Assembly (NCBI GenBank): GCA_014376805.1
Contig: JACMQU010000118.1
Coordinates: 10,212 to 74,211, forward strand
Length of the DNA stretch: 64,000 nucleotides
Reading direction: 5' to 3'
Origin: Bacteroidia bacterium
Lineage (GTDB): Bacteria > Bacteroidota > Bacteroidia > UKL13-3
The stretch's first letter is position 1. Each line of letters starts with the position of its first letter. Positions 30,207 through 40,557 of this stretch are shown piece by piece. The notes beneath the pieces are model-generated. The model ran no database searches and was not told the DNA's origin. It was given only the letters and a program-made list of their open reading frames with translations. The translations under genes and the position numbers were made by a program.

Positions 30207-30849
30207 GGAGAGGCACTATCAGATTTCTCAGATATATTATTTAGATAATTCTTATAAAAACAGGAGCATTCTGATAATAATTTAAACAACTTTTTTAAAA
30301 GGAAACATAAACAATTATATGATTGATCTAAATCAACTGATAAGTGTTCCGAATCAAATTAAATCCACTGTAGTTAACAGTCTGTCATTTGGCTGCCGTA
30401 TTCTTAAGACACATAAATTTACCAGAAAATTTAAAACAAGAGACGCAAGGAACGGATCCTGATGATAAACCAAAGACCCATGATAAGGAAAATTTATACA
30501 ATGATTAAATTTTCTAGTAAACTTAATTGGAAGTAACACTCATGCCCCTTAATTTGCCATTGTGAATTACTTCAAGGCTGGAAATTATGGGAAATGGGAA
30601 TTTATCACATGTTAATAGATTTTGAAAAAATTAATATGCGAATATCTCCCTTCATATCCCTAATCTCAAAAAAACAGGACAAAAAAAGAAGACATGAAAA
30701 ACCTTTTAAAGTAAAGGGCTATCAGGATATTATTAGATAAATAAAAACAAAAATTTAATAGTTGCAATCTTTGATAATCGTTGGGATGAATAGCAAAAAC
30801 GCAATAGAGTACTACGCCTTAAAAATATTGATTAATCAAGCTTAGTGAA

Positions 30850-31914
30850 TTAATCCACCATGGCTTCTTCATGCTTCTTATTGGCAAGCTGTCCGCATGC
30901 GGCGTCTATATCTTTTCCACGGCTTCGTCTTACCCGAGCTACTATTCCGTTGCGTTCAAGAAAAGCGCAAAATGAATCTATTTTTTCGGAATCAGCTTTA
31001 GTAAACTGTCCGTTGCCGGTTGGATTGTATTCTATAATGTTTACTTTGGCAGGTATGTTTTTACAAAAAGCCAGTAGTTCTTTGGCGTCTTTTAAACTTT
31101 CATTAAAGTTGTTAAAGGCGATGTATTCAAATGTGATGCGCTTTTTTGTTTTGGCGTAAAAGTACGTGAGAGCTTCGCCAACAGCCTGCAGGTTATTGCT
31201 TTCATTAATGGGCATAATTTGATTGCGTTTTATATCGTTGGCTGCATGTAAACTTAGGGCAAGGTTAAACTTCACATTGTCGTCGGCCAGCCTTTTAATC
31301 ATTTTAGCAATGCCTGCTGTAGAAACGGTAATCCTGTCGGAACTCATCCCCAGACCTTCTGGCGAGGTTATTTTTTCTATGCCTTTTAATACGTTATTAT
31401 AGTTCAGTAACGGTTCACCCATACCCATAAAAACGATATTAGTAAGTGGTTTTTGGTAATGAGTTTGCGCCCACTCTTTTATCAGCACAACCTGATCATA
31501 TATTTCTCCTGGAGTTAAATTGCGTTCATGCGTCATGGTACCCGTGGCACAAAATTTACAGGTTAAGCTACAACCTACCTGCGATGATACACAGGCCGTC
31601 ATGCGGTTGTCGGCAGGAATTAACACACCCTCCACTAAAAATCCATCGTGGAGCCTGAACCCACTTTTTATGGTGCCATCGCTACTTATTTGTTTGTCTT
31701 CCACCTTTATGGCATTAATCACAAAGTTTTCATCCAGCCATTGATGCGTTTCGCTGTTGAGGTTGCTCATTTCATCAAAATGGATGCATGATTTTTTCCA
31801 GAGCCACTCATACACTTGTTGCCCGCGAAAAGCCTTATCGCCTTTTGCAATAAAAGCTTCTTTTAATTCGTGCAGTGTAAGGTGGCGTATATCGGTTTTG
31901 ATTTTAGCAAGCAT
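30850..31914 (-). CDS. rlmN: 23S rRNA/tRNA (adenine-C2)-methyltransferase RlmN (radical SAM)
   Basis: 354 aa with the CxxxCxxC cluster in GCSLTCKFCATG, plus GMGEPLLNY and a C-terminal DIDAACGQL block. Confidence 0.93.
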   Translation of the reverse strand: MLAKIKTDIRHLTLHELKEAFIAKGDKAFRGQQVYEWLWKKSCIHFDEMSNLNSETHQWLDENFVINAIKVEDKQISSDGTIKSGFRLHDGFLVEGVLIPADNRMTACVSSQVGCSLTCKFCATGTMTHERNLTPGEIYDQVVLIKEWAQTHYQKPLTNIVFMGMGEPLLNYNNVLKGIEKITSPEGLGMSSDRITVSTAGIAKMIKRLADDNVKFNLALSLHAANDIKRNQIMPINESNNLQAVGEALTYFYAKTKKRITFEYIAFNNFNESLKDAKELLAFCKNIPAKVNIIEYNPTGNGQFTKADSEKIDSFCAFLERNGIVARVRRSRGKDIDAACGQLANKKHEEAMVD

Positions 31915-32646
31915 ATAAGTTGCAAAGATAAGTTATCCTGTTCACTTTAATGCGGTTTATGCGTGATCTTTGTCAGTGAATGTTGGGTAGCTTCCAAAGA
32001 ATGACTAAACTAAGGAAGCGGCTTGTGTATTTAGGTAGCCATTTTAAAATTTGGCGAACTTAATAAAACCGGAAATGGGAAAATTTCATTTAGTTAGAAA
32101 TATAATTTTATCTGTATAACATGACTTATCAGGCAATAATGCTAATTATGTATTTTGTATTTTTGCCCTTATAAAATAAAACTCTAAGAAAGACATTACC
32201 TATAATACTAATGACAAGAACAAGCGATAGGTAGTTGTTATTGATTCTGAAAATAGTCAAATTACATAGGCAATTATTTCTTTAAAAAATAATCCATGAC
32301 CTCCAAAAATGCAATAATTTTAACGGGAATAATAATGACTTAGGCGAATAAGCATTGAAAATTATAGTGTAATAAATGCGATAGATGATGCAATGAGATT
32401 TATTAATATAAAGGTTGTTGGGAACCTAAAAGATATATATGAAGAATGGTGCGACCTTCCATAGCTCATTACAAAGCAACTAAAAAATAAGTTGCGTTCA
32501 ACAGTTGTTAAGTTGAATTTTAATAAGGCAAATTACCGCCAGCAACAAGCATTGTAATTTTGTAATATAAGCAGGCACGGGCTGTGAGAAATTATGTTTA
32601 TTTTGCAACCCATAAGCCTGTATATTTTGCAGATTAAACCAAACTT

Positions 32647-33225
32647 ATGATCATTATTGGAAATACACTGGTATCTGAAGAGTTGCTCGACTATAATTTT
32701 ATATGCAACCTGCATGCGTGTAAAGGTGCTTGTTGCATTGAGGGCGACCTGGGTGCACCGGTATTACCCGAAGAAAAAGTTAAGATAGAAGAGGAGTATG
32801 AAAAGATGAAACCTTTTTTAACGGAGACATCGAAACTTGCCATTGAAAAAAATGGCATTTGCGAAACTGATGAAGACAATGACTGGGTTACCACCTGCCT
32901 GCCAACCGGAGAATGTAATTTTGTAAAGCGCAATGAACAAGGCATATTAATGTGTGGCATGGAACAGGCATTTATTGCAGGCGCAACAAACTTCAGAAAA
33001 CCCATATCATGTTATTTATACCCGATACGTGTTACGCAGGTGGGCGAATATGAAGCATTAAATTATAGTCGCTGGGATATTTGCAGTGCAGCTTGTGTGT
33101 TAGGTGATAAAGAAAAAGTTGCGATCTATAAATTTTTAAAAGCACCGCTTATTTTAAAATACGGTGAAGTGTGGTATGCCGAACTGGAAGCCGTTGCAGA
33201 GGCTTATTATGAAGCTAAAATATAA
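32647..33225 (+). CDS. Cys-rich conserved protein (DUF3109-like from memory)
   Basis: 192 aa. The N-terminus reads MIIIGNTLVSEELLDYNFICNLHACKGACCIEGDLGAP. Confidence 0.65.
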   Translation: MIIIGNTLVSEELLDYNFICNLHACKGACCIEGDLGAPVLPEEKVKIEEEYEKMKPFLTETSKLAIEKNGICETDEDNDWVTTCLPTGECNFVKRNEQGILMCGMEQAFIAGATNFRKPISCYLYPIRVTQVGEYEALNYSRWDICSAACVLGDKEKVAIYKFLKAPLILKYGEVWYAELEAVAEAYYEAKI

Positions 33226-33237
33226 TTAAGTAAAACT

Positions 33238-34752
33238 ATGCACCTACTTACTGCAAAACAAATAAAGGCCTGGGATGCATTTACTATTATGCATGAACCC
33301 ATAAGTGCCGCAAACCTGGTTGAACGCGCTGCAATGTTTTTTACCAATGCTTTTGAGCGATATATTGATGAAGTATTGCAGGTGAAAAAAGAGGTGCCCA
33401 TTTTTATATTTTGCGGTACAGGTAATAATGGTGCAGACGGACTTGCTGTTGCCCGCATGCTTTGCAATGAAGGCAGGGTTATTACTGTATTATGTTTAAA
33501 CGGGAACAAAACGGAAGAGAATAAAATAAATTTTAAGCGATTAAAAGAGCGCAAGGAGATTATTTTAATTGAAATAAATAATGCGCGGGAATTTCCAGTT
33601 ATGCCCACCGATTGTATTATAATTGATGCGCTGTTTGGTTCAGGTTTAAACAGGCCACTTAATGATATTGCTGCAACATTGGTAAGTTACTTAAATGCAC
33701 ATAAAGGATTAAAGATTGCCATTGATATTCCTTCTGGTTTAATGGCCGATATAGATACATTTGAAGGGTTAACAACCGAAGAGATTTTTAAAGCACAGCG
33801 CACCTTTACCTTCGGGTTGTATAAGCAAAGTTTTATGTTTGCAGAAACCTATCCTTATGTAGGAGATGTTGAAGTTCTGCCTATAGGTTTGCATACAGCT
33901 TATTTAGATGAAGTAACGGGCAATCAGTTTTTAACTGACGAAACCTGGGTTCAGCAAAACATAAAAACGCCAAATCGTTTTGCACATAAAGGTACTAAAG
34001 GGCATGTTCTCCTTATTGGAGGCAGTTACGGCAAAATGGGAGCAGCTTTATTGGCTTCTAAAGCTGCATTAAGGGCTGGGTGTGGAATGGTTACCGCTTT
34101 CATTCCTAAAGTTGGTTATACCATTTTCCAGACTGCATTGCCCGAGGTAATGGTGCAAACAAATGAAGCAGTTTGCGAGCTAAGAGATTTTACAATTACC
34201 GGTAATTTTGATGCTATTGGAGTAGGTCCGGGTATGGGCACACACCCATCTACAGTGCTGGCTTTTGGTAAATGGCTGAACCAAATAAAAACGCTGTTAC
34301 TGATAGATGCAGATGGCTTAAATGCATGTGCAGCATTATTGAAAATAAATGATCAGTTTAAATTTCCTGAAGGCACCATTCTTACCCCGCATCCAAAAGA
34401 ATTTGAGCGGCTAGCAGGCAAATGTAAGGATAGTCTTGAACGTTTAAACCGGCAAAAGGAATTTGCAAAAAGGCATAAAGTAATTGTGGTTTTAAAAGGT
34501 GCACATTCAAGTATTGCCATGCCCGATGGTAAAGTTTATTTTAACATAACCGGAAATACATTACTTGCAACAGCAGGTAGTGGTGATGTTTTATGCGGTA
34601 TCATTACCTCTTTACTGGCACAACAGTATAAACCCGATATTGCTGCTTTGCTAGGTGTTTACCTGCATGGAGTTTTGGCTGATAAACTGAAGAAAAAGGG
34701 AATCAAAAATTGTATAGCAGGTGATATAATTGAAGAACTAAAGTTAATCTGA
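33238..34752 (+). CDS. nnr: Bifunctional NAD(P)H-hydrate repair enzyme Nnr (epimerase + ADP-dependent dehydratase)
   Basis: 504 aa with an N-terminal YjeF_N domain (CGTGNNGADGLAVAR) and a C-terminal carbohydrate-kinase domain (HKGTKGHVLLIGGS.. ..GSGDVLCG). Confidence 0.9.
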   Translation: MHLLTAKQIKAWDAFTIMHEPISAANLVERAAMFFTNAFERYIDEVLQVKKEVPIFIFCGTGNNGADGLAVARMLCNEGRVITVLCLNGNKTEENKINFKRLKERKEIILIEINNAREFPVMPTDCIIIDALFGSGLNRPLNDIAATLVSYLNAHKGLKIAIDIPSGLMADIDTFEGLTTEEIFKAQRTFTFGLYKQSFMFAETYPYVGDVEVLPIGLHTAYLDEVTGNQFLTDETWVQQNIKTPNRFAHKGTKGHVLLIGGSYGKMGAALLASKAALRAGCGMVTAFIPKVGYTIFQTALPEVMVQTNEAVCELRDFTITGNFDAIGVGPGMGTHPSTVLAFGKWLNQIKTLLLIDADGLNACAALLKINDQFKFPEGTILTPHPKEFERLAGKCKDSLERLNRQKEFAKRHKVIVVLKGAHSSIAMPDGKVYFNITGNTLLATAGSGDVLCGIITSLLAQQYKPDIAALLGVYLHGVLADKLKKKGIKNCIAGDIIEELKLI

Positions 34753-34809
34753 TCGTAAGATTTATTTAGTGGAAAATTTTTACTGAACGTTGGGTTAGTA
34801 CCTAACTTA

Positions 34810-35286
34810 TTATAGTTGTAATTTCTCTACTTCTTTTTGATAATCATATTGCAGATCTTCATGTAAAGTGGCTATGTCTTTTGTTATTTTAGCTACTAAT
34901 CTTTCATACAAATTACAAAGAGCTGAATACTTACGCCATTGTGAATATGATTTTTTTAATAGCGTGCAAAAGAATATCATTAGTTCTGTTTCTGTTAATT
35001 TATTGCCCGAATATTGGCTGTACTGTTTGGTTATACGCAATGTTTTGCGAATGTATTTGGTTGTAAAAAACAAACTGTTAAAAGGCATGTCATTAAATCG
35101 TTCTTCAATTATTCCTTTTATTTTTTTTATATAGGCACTTTCATCCTGTGCTTCAAACAATAAATAATTTAACAATTCTTTATTAATCTTTTTAAACTTA
35201 GCCATACGCAGGCATAGCTCTATAAGTTGCTGTTGATGGCAAAGCGAAAGTTCTTTTTTTATATCAGACAGTGAGGGAGTTTTCAT
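34810..35286 (-). CDS. Hypothetical helical protein (158 aa; possibly DUF6155-type, uncertain)
   Basis: Clean ORF reading ..LIELCLRMAKFKKINKELLNYLLFEAQDESAYI.. The family name is recalled from memory only. Confidence 0.5.
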   Translation of the reverse strand: MKTPSLSDIKKELSLCHQQQLIELCLRMAKFKKINKELLNYLLFEAQDESAYIKKIKGIIEERFNDMPFNSLFFTTKYIRKTLRITKQYSQYSGNKLTETELMIFFCTLLKKSYSQWRKYSALCNLYERLVAKITKDIATLHEDLQYDYQKEVEKLQL

Positions 35287-35306
35287 TGTTATTATTCCAT
35301 TACCTC

Positions 35307-36293
35307 TTAGTTTTGAGAGAAGCTTCCATTTTCTTCTCTAAGTAAATGAAATGGTTCATTGGCTATAATAAGGCAACCATCCAAATCTACATAATTGGTA
35401 TTTGCGCAAACACTCCACGCACTGCTAATGCCCAAGGTAGTTTCAACCATACACCCTACCATGGTAAGCATATTCCGTTTGCGCGCTTCGTTTAATATTC
35501 TCAGCCCGTTAAGGTATCCGCCGGCTTTCATAAGCTTCATGTTAACACCATCAAACTGCTGTTGTAATAAATCAAAATCTGGTTGATCCAACACACTTTC
35601 ATCTGCCATTAATGGGAGAGTAACATGTTGTTTAAGATAAACATATTCATCGGTCATATTAGCAGGCATAGGCTGTTCAACAAAAGCTACGGGCAGGTGT
35701 TTAAGTTTGTTAAAAAAATTAATCAGTGAATCTACATCTTTCCATGCTTCGTTGGCATCTATCAGCAACGGTACCTTGCAAATTTTATGTAAACCGTTTA
35801 AATGTTCTATAGCACCTTCTTCACTGACTTTTATTTTTATATATTGAAATCGCTTTAACTGGTGTTCCAAAAAAAAAGGTTCAATATCCTCTACTTCCAT
35901 TATAGGTAAAGTATAACAGGATGCTACTTTACCCGGATTGCTTAGTTTTAAAAACTCAAAAATATCCTTATTTTGTTTTTTACATTGCAGGTGTATATAT
36001 GCCGATTCAATACCGAAACGTAAAGCATTTGGCAGTTTTAATTTTTGTAATAACAAAGTTAAATCATCAACAGATTCAACCAAACCCGCCTGCGAGTGGG
36101 TAAATAATTCAAAGGCCGCCCTGATGGTTTCTGGTGTTTCATTATACCGGATATTAGGCGCTATTTCACCACATCCGCTAAAGTTTCCATTACGTGCTTC
36201 TACAATAAAATTTTCTTTGTATACACTTTCATTCCTTGATATTCTCCAGGTATATTTAAGCTCAATGCGAATTTTTCTGATACTCCATTCCAT
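35307..36293 (-). CDS. Dipeptide epimerase (L-Ala-D/L-Glu epimerase type, enolase superfamily)
   Basis: The start is taken at MEWSIRKIRIELKY (36293). The MR/MLE catalytic blocks are YIKIKV, LIDANEAW, FVEQPMP, LMADES and NMKLMKAGG. Confidence 0.8.
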   Translation of the reverse strand: MEWSIRKIRIELKYTWRISRNESVYKENFIVEARNGNFSGCGEIAPNIRYNETPETIRAAFELFTHSQAGLVESVDDLTLLLQKLKLPNALRFGIESAYIHLQCKKQNKDIFEFLKLSNPGKVASCYTLPIMEVEDIEPFFLEHQLKRFQYIKIKVSEEGAIEHLNGLHKICKVPLLIDANEAWKDVDSLINFFNKLKHLPVAFVEQPMPANMTDEYVYLKQHVTLPLMADESVLDQPDFDLLQQQFDGVNMKLMKAGGYLNGLRILNEARKRNMLTMVGCMVETTLGISSAWSVCANTNYVDLDGCLIIANEPFHLLREENGSFSQN

Positions 36294-36416
36294 ATTGCAA
36301 TGTATTACATGCAAAATAAGGATCTTAAAATTATTATTCACCAAAAGCAATAACTGATCAGTCAATTATACTTTAGGGTTGTTGCTTAAACGCAGTTATT
36401 AATGGATTTATTTTTT

Positions 36417-37493
36417 TTAAGTTGTAGGATAACAGGAATAAAAACGTTTGATATCAATTTCCTTATCCAGATCTTTTTGTAGTTCAATATGTTCAAATAA
36501 CTGCCTGGCTAAAAACGGCGCCTGTAATACACCTTTTGTTCCCAGGCCATTAAAAATGTAAAAGTTTTTTACTTGCGGATGTGCTCCCAGAATTGCATTT
36601 CTGTCGCGGGTGGTGGGCCTAACGCCGGCATATTGTTCTACCACTTTAAATGGAAGATTTAGCAGGCTTTCCAGCTTTTCAATTAAAAACAATTTACCTT
36701 TTTCTGTGTAATTCTCATTTATATTATCCCACTCATAAGTAGCACCTGCTTTATATAAATCATTACCAAGGTTAACGAGGTAAACGCCTTTTTTTACTAT
36801 TTTTTTGGCGTTTAATCCCGGGCAATGAATGAGTAATAACTCCCCTTTACATAATTTAAAGGGTAGCCAGTTTAATAATGAGTTATGAATAGCTTGATAG
36901 CCATCGCAACAGATTACACAATTAAATGTATTGCTTTTATACTGCCAGTTTTTTTCGGTTTGAACCAACTGTTCATAAGTGAGTTCTTCCTGCAATAATT
37001 TATTATTCTGAAGCAGAAAATTTGTATAGCTTTCAATAAATTTTCTTGTATCTACCCAACCTCCCTGGCCCACTTCAAAACATCCGTTTGGTGCTATTAA
37101 ATTGGGTTCACAAAGAGGCGTGTCAGTAATAAATTTCTTAAAATTTTCATCTTCTTTTCTTGATCCGAAATCGTTTGCTTCTTTATTATTTCCAAATATC
37201 TGTTGTATCGGTTCATGTATTATAAAACACCTGTTTAGTTGTTGTTCCAGTTCCTTAAAAGTGGTAGCTAATTCAGCTAACAGCTCGTTCACTTTCCAAT
37301 TTATGCTCATCCGTTTTCCGCTAATGGGGTTAAACATTCCGGCTGCAATTTTACTTGAGGTATGATTATGATTAGGATCAAACATTAAAAAAGATTTATT
37401 GTTTTTATATAATTGAAAAGCAAACAAACAGCCAGCCAGCCCCCCGCCTATAACAAGGTATTGATAATGATTAATTGTTAAATTGTTTTCCAT
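36417..37493 (-). CDS. FAD-dependent oxidoreductase, stand-alone MnmC(o)-like (cmnm5s2U to nm5s2U)
   Basis: 358 aa with the dinucleotide fold YLVIGGGLAGCLFAFQL and DAO-family layout. It overlaps the MnmD-like gene by 16 nt. Confidence 0.65.
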   Translation of the reverse strand: MENNLTINHYQYLVIGGGLAGCLFAFQLYKNNKSFLMFDPNHNHTSSKIAAGMFNPISGKRMSINWKVNELLAELATTFKELEQQLNRCFIIHEPIQQIFGNNKEANDFGSRKEDENFKKFITDTPLCEPNLIAPNGCFEVGQGGWVDTRKFIESYTNFLLQNNKLLQEELTYEQLVQTEKNWQYKSNTFNCVICCDGYQAIHNSLLNWLPFKLCKGELLLIHCPGLNAKKIVKKGVYLVNLGNDLYKAGATYEWDNINENYTEKGKLFLIEKLESLLNLPFKVVEQYAGVRPTTRDRNAILGAHPQVKNFYIFNGLGTKGVLQAPFLARQLFEHIELQKDLDKEIDIKRFYSCYPTT

Positions 37494-38176
37494 AGTTCTT
37501 TTGCTTTTACAGCTCTTACCATGTGTCTTTTACCTGGTGGGCCATTAAGTCTGCTTACTGTAAAACCCGCGGCACGCATGTTTCTTTTTACTTCTCCTTT
37601 TGCCGAATAAGTTACCAGTACACCTCCGGGTATAAGTGCATCATACATTTTTTTAAATACATTTTCTGACCACATTTCTTCTTGCTTATCCGGACCAAAA
37701 GCATCAAAATAAATGAGGTGATAAACCGGTTGTGGCTTAAAAACTAAAAGTGAGGTATTAATTTTTTGCAAACTAAATTCTGCACTTATAGCAATAGGTT
37801 CATTCCAGTTAACTGTATGCATTAAGCTAAACAATATTTTATCTTCCACCTTTAATATTTGCGCAAAAGATAACTTGTCGATTAGCTCAACAGGCAAAGG
37901 ATATATTTCTAAAGCATCATATGCAACTATTACTTTTTTTTTAGCGGCCTCTATAAAAGTGAGGATGGTATTTAAGCCGGTTCCGAAGCCTATTTCGAGG
38001 ATTTTTAAGGAAGAAGCATGATCCTTGTGTTGATCCGAAAAAAACATAAATCCTTCTTTTAAAAAAACATGCAGACTTTCTGTAAGCGCACCTTTAACTG
38101 AATGATAGGTTTCATTTAAACTTTTGTTAAATAACGTATCTGAACCATCTGCGGTTGCTATAATTTCGGGAAGCAT
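37478..38176 (-). CDS. mnmD: tRNA (mnm5s2U34)-methyltransferase, stand-alone MnmC methyltransferase domain (MnmD)
   Basis: 232 aa. ILEIGFGTGLN (SAM motif I) and YFDAFGPDKQEEMWSENVFKKMYDALIPGGVLVTYSAKGEVKRNMRAAGF match the DUF752/MnmC N-terminal domain. Confidence 0.8.
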   Translation of the reverse strand: MLPEIIATADGSDTLFNKSLNETYHSVKGALTESLHVFLKEGFMFFSDQHKDHASSLKILEIGFGTGLNTILTFIEAAKKKVIVAYDALEIYPLPVELIDKLSFAQILKVEDKILFSLMHTVNWNEPIAISAEFSLQKINTSLLVFKPQPVYHLIYFDAFGPDKQEEMWSENVFKKMYDALIPGGVLVTYSAKGEVKRNMRAAGFTVSRLNGPPGKRHMVRAVKAKELWKTI

Positions 38177-38186
38177 TTAGGAGAGA

Positions 38187-39206
38187 TTATTTCATTTGCA
38201 AATACAACAGAACCGGAAGATGATCGCTGAAGCCGTTTAAATATTTGGTTCCACCAAAAGTACGCTTAGGGTTGCCTTTGTATTTATCGTCGGTTTCCAG
38301 CATCCAGTTTTCTTTAAAAGTTGTTGCAGAATTATTAATATATACCAGATTTGATTTATTAGACACCAGATTTTTATTTAGTAATATCTGATCAAGAAAA
38401 TTCCAGGTATTTTTGTGTTTATAAGAACCTCCGCCAGATTCCATAAGAGCAAACATAGGATTATAAAAAGCAGTTGCCGGTAAATTGACTGCATCTTTTT
38501 TTGCCATCATTATTTCATTTACACTCTTGTTATCAGGGTAATCATTTAAATCTCCCATTACAATTATTTTGCAATAAGGATCGGCTTTTTCTATACTGTC
38601 ACAAAGATGCTTTAAGGTTTTAGCAACAAATATTCTTTTAAACTCGCTTTCAGTTTCTCCATCACGCCGGCTTGGCCAGTGGTTAACAAAAAGAACCAAC
38701 CGGGCTTTATTTATAAGTATAAAATCGGCCATTAAAATACCTCTTGTCTGATCCCCTCCAATTCCATTGGTATCAATTAAAAAAAGGGCACTTTTTACAT
38801 GTTTTATATTTTCTGGTTTATAAATGAGCGCATTGTCAATACCTCTTTCGTCAGGGCTATCAAACCAGATATATTTGTAATTTAAATTTTTACTGTTTAA
38901 CTGAAGTGCCAGGTCATGTAAAGCAATATCATTCTCCACTTCGCACATTCCTAAAAAATCAGGACCGTTATTTTTGTTCATCGCGGCAATTACCCGGCTC
39001 ATATTACCTATCTTATTCTTATACTTCTCATGGTCCCAGTTATATTTTCCGCCGGGCAAAAATTCTGAGTCGTTTTTATCTGGTGTATCAATTGTATCAA
39101 ATAGATTTTCCTGATTATAAAAGGCTACACACAAATTTTTTGCAGGCTGGGCCAGAACATCAAAACAAATTGAGGTTAATAAGAGTAATACTATACGTAG
39201 GTTCAT
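38187..39206 (-). CDS. Secreted endonuclease/exonuclease/phosphatase (EEP) family protein
   Basis: 339 aa with a signal peptide, the N-terminal ..FYNQENLFD.. and CEVEN blocks, GDLNDYP, and a C-terminal SDHLPV motif. Confidence 0.8.
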   Translation of the reverse strand: MNLRIVLLLLTSICFDVLAQPAKNLCVAFYNQENLFDTIDTPDKNDSEFLPGGKYNWDHEKYKNKIGNMSRVIAAMNKNNGPDFLGMCEVENDIALHDLALQLNSKNLNYKYIWFDSPDERGIDNALIYKPENIKHVKSALFLIDTNGIGGDQTRGILMADFILINKARLVLFVNHWPSRRDGETESEFKRIFVAKTLKHLCDSIEKADPYCKIIVMGDLNDYPDNKSVNEIMMAKKDAVNLPATAFYNPMFALMESGGGSYKHKNTWNFLDQILLNKNLVSNKSNLVYINNSATTFKENWMLETDDKYKGNPKRTFGGTKYLNGFSDHLPVLLYLQMK

Positions 39207-39326
39207 TCAGCAAAAGTATATAAAAGACAATAGATTAAAGATTTTACCGGAATTTTATACCCTTTTTGTAAATTGTTTATAATTTTGAACCCATCAAAAA
39301 ATTAAATCAATAGATAATATAGTCAG

Positions 39327-40424
39327 ATGCTCGGACATTTTTTTAGTAAATATATTCCTGATCCTGATGGAGGTAATCCATTTCAAAAATTGCTGGATCT
39401 GTTTCTGCAACTTATGCAATACACCAATGGCGATGTAGCTGAGTCATTGGATTGGCTTACCCAATTAGATAACCAGCATGGCTTAACGCAAAATGAGTAT
39501 GGAATGGGTAATTTTATACAGGATCTTAAGGATAAAGGGTTTATAAAAACGGATATTTTAAATGGTGATTTTACACCCACAGCAAAAACGAATCAGAGTA
39601 TCCGTAAAAAAAGTCTGGAAGAGATTTTTGGCAAATTAAAAAAGAGTCAGGGAGGTAATCACCGCACCGCTTTTACAGGCCAGGGAGATGAGGCCAACAG
39701 TGATATTCGTAAATTTACTTTTGGCGATAGCATTGACCAGATAGACATGACCGCAAGCCTGCACAATGCGCAGGTTAACCATGGCATTGAAAACTTTAAT
39801 TTAACAGAAAATGACCTCGAAATTAAAGAACGTGATTATAAAGCACAGACTTCAACAGTGCTGATGATTGATATTTCGCATAGCATGATATTATATGGTG
39901 AAGACAGAATTACTCCTGCCAAAAAAGTGGCAATGGCATTTGCCGAACTTATCAAAACAAAATACCCAAAAGATACATTAGATATTATTGTTTTTGGCAA
40001 TGATGCTTGGCCCATAGAGATTAAAGACCTACCTTATTTGCAAGTGGGCCCTTACCACACCAATACTTATGCAGGCCTTGAATTGGCAATGGATTTGCTA
40101 CGTAAACGTAAGAATGCCAACAAACAGATTTTTATGATTACAGACGGCAAGCCTACGTGTTTAAAAGAAGGAACAGGCTACTATCAAAACAGCTTCGGAC
40201 TTGATAAAAAAATCATCAATAAGACCTTATCGATGGCTGCACAAGCCAGGCGGGCCGGTATAACTATTACCACTTTTATGATTGCCACTGATCCTTATCT
40301 GCAAAAGTTTGTGAGAGAATTTACAGAAATAAATAAAGGCAGGGCTTATTATAGTACTCTAAATGGCTTGGGTAATTATATTTTTGAAGACTTTGAACGC
40401 AATAAAAGAAGGACGATGAAATAG
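39327..40424 (+). CDS. vWA-domain protein with an uncharacterised N-terminal ~170-aa region
   Basis: 365 aa with an intact MIDAS: VLMIDISHSM (DxSxS), ..TNTYAGL.., ..FMITDGKPT.. Confidence 0.85.
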   Translation: MLGHFFSKYIPDPDGGNPFQKLLDLFLQLMQYTNGDVAESLDWLTQLDNQHGLTQNEYGMGNFIQDLKDKGFIKTDILNGDFTPTAKTNQSIRKKSLEEIFGKLKKSQGGNHRTAFTGQGDEANSDIRKFTFGDSIDQIDMTASLHNAQVNHGIENFNLTENDLEIKERDYKAQTSTVLMIDISHSMILYGEDRITPAKKVAMAFAELIKTKYPKDTLDIIVFGNDAWPIEIKDLPYLQVGPYHTNTYAGLELAMDLLRKRKNANKQIFMITDGKPTCLKEGTGYYQNSFGLDKKIINKTLSMAAQARRAGITITTFMIATDPYLQKFVREFTEINKGRAYYSTLNGLGNYIFEDFERNKRRTMK

Positions 40425-40480
40425 GCGAACAGTTAAAAGAGAGTAAAGAAAGATTGTTGGAATATTTAATCAATAACAAC

Positions 40481-40520
40481 AATAAGTAACAGTAAATAAT
40501 AATAAGTAACAATAAGTAAC
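40481..40520. repeat. 10-nt periodic AT-rich repeat (AATAAGTAAC x3 plus degenerate copies)
   Basis: Exact AATAAGTAAC at 40481, 40501 and 40511. Related 10-mers in the same register are at 40471 and 40491. It lies in the 133-nt spacer between the vWA and AAA+ genes. Confidence 0.85.
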
Positions 40521-40557
40521 AGTGTATAAAAAATAAATAAGTAATTGATAAATTAAA

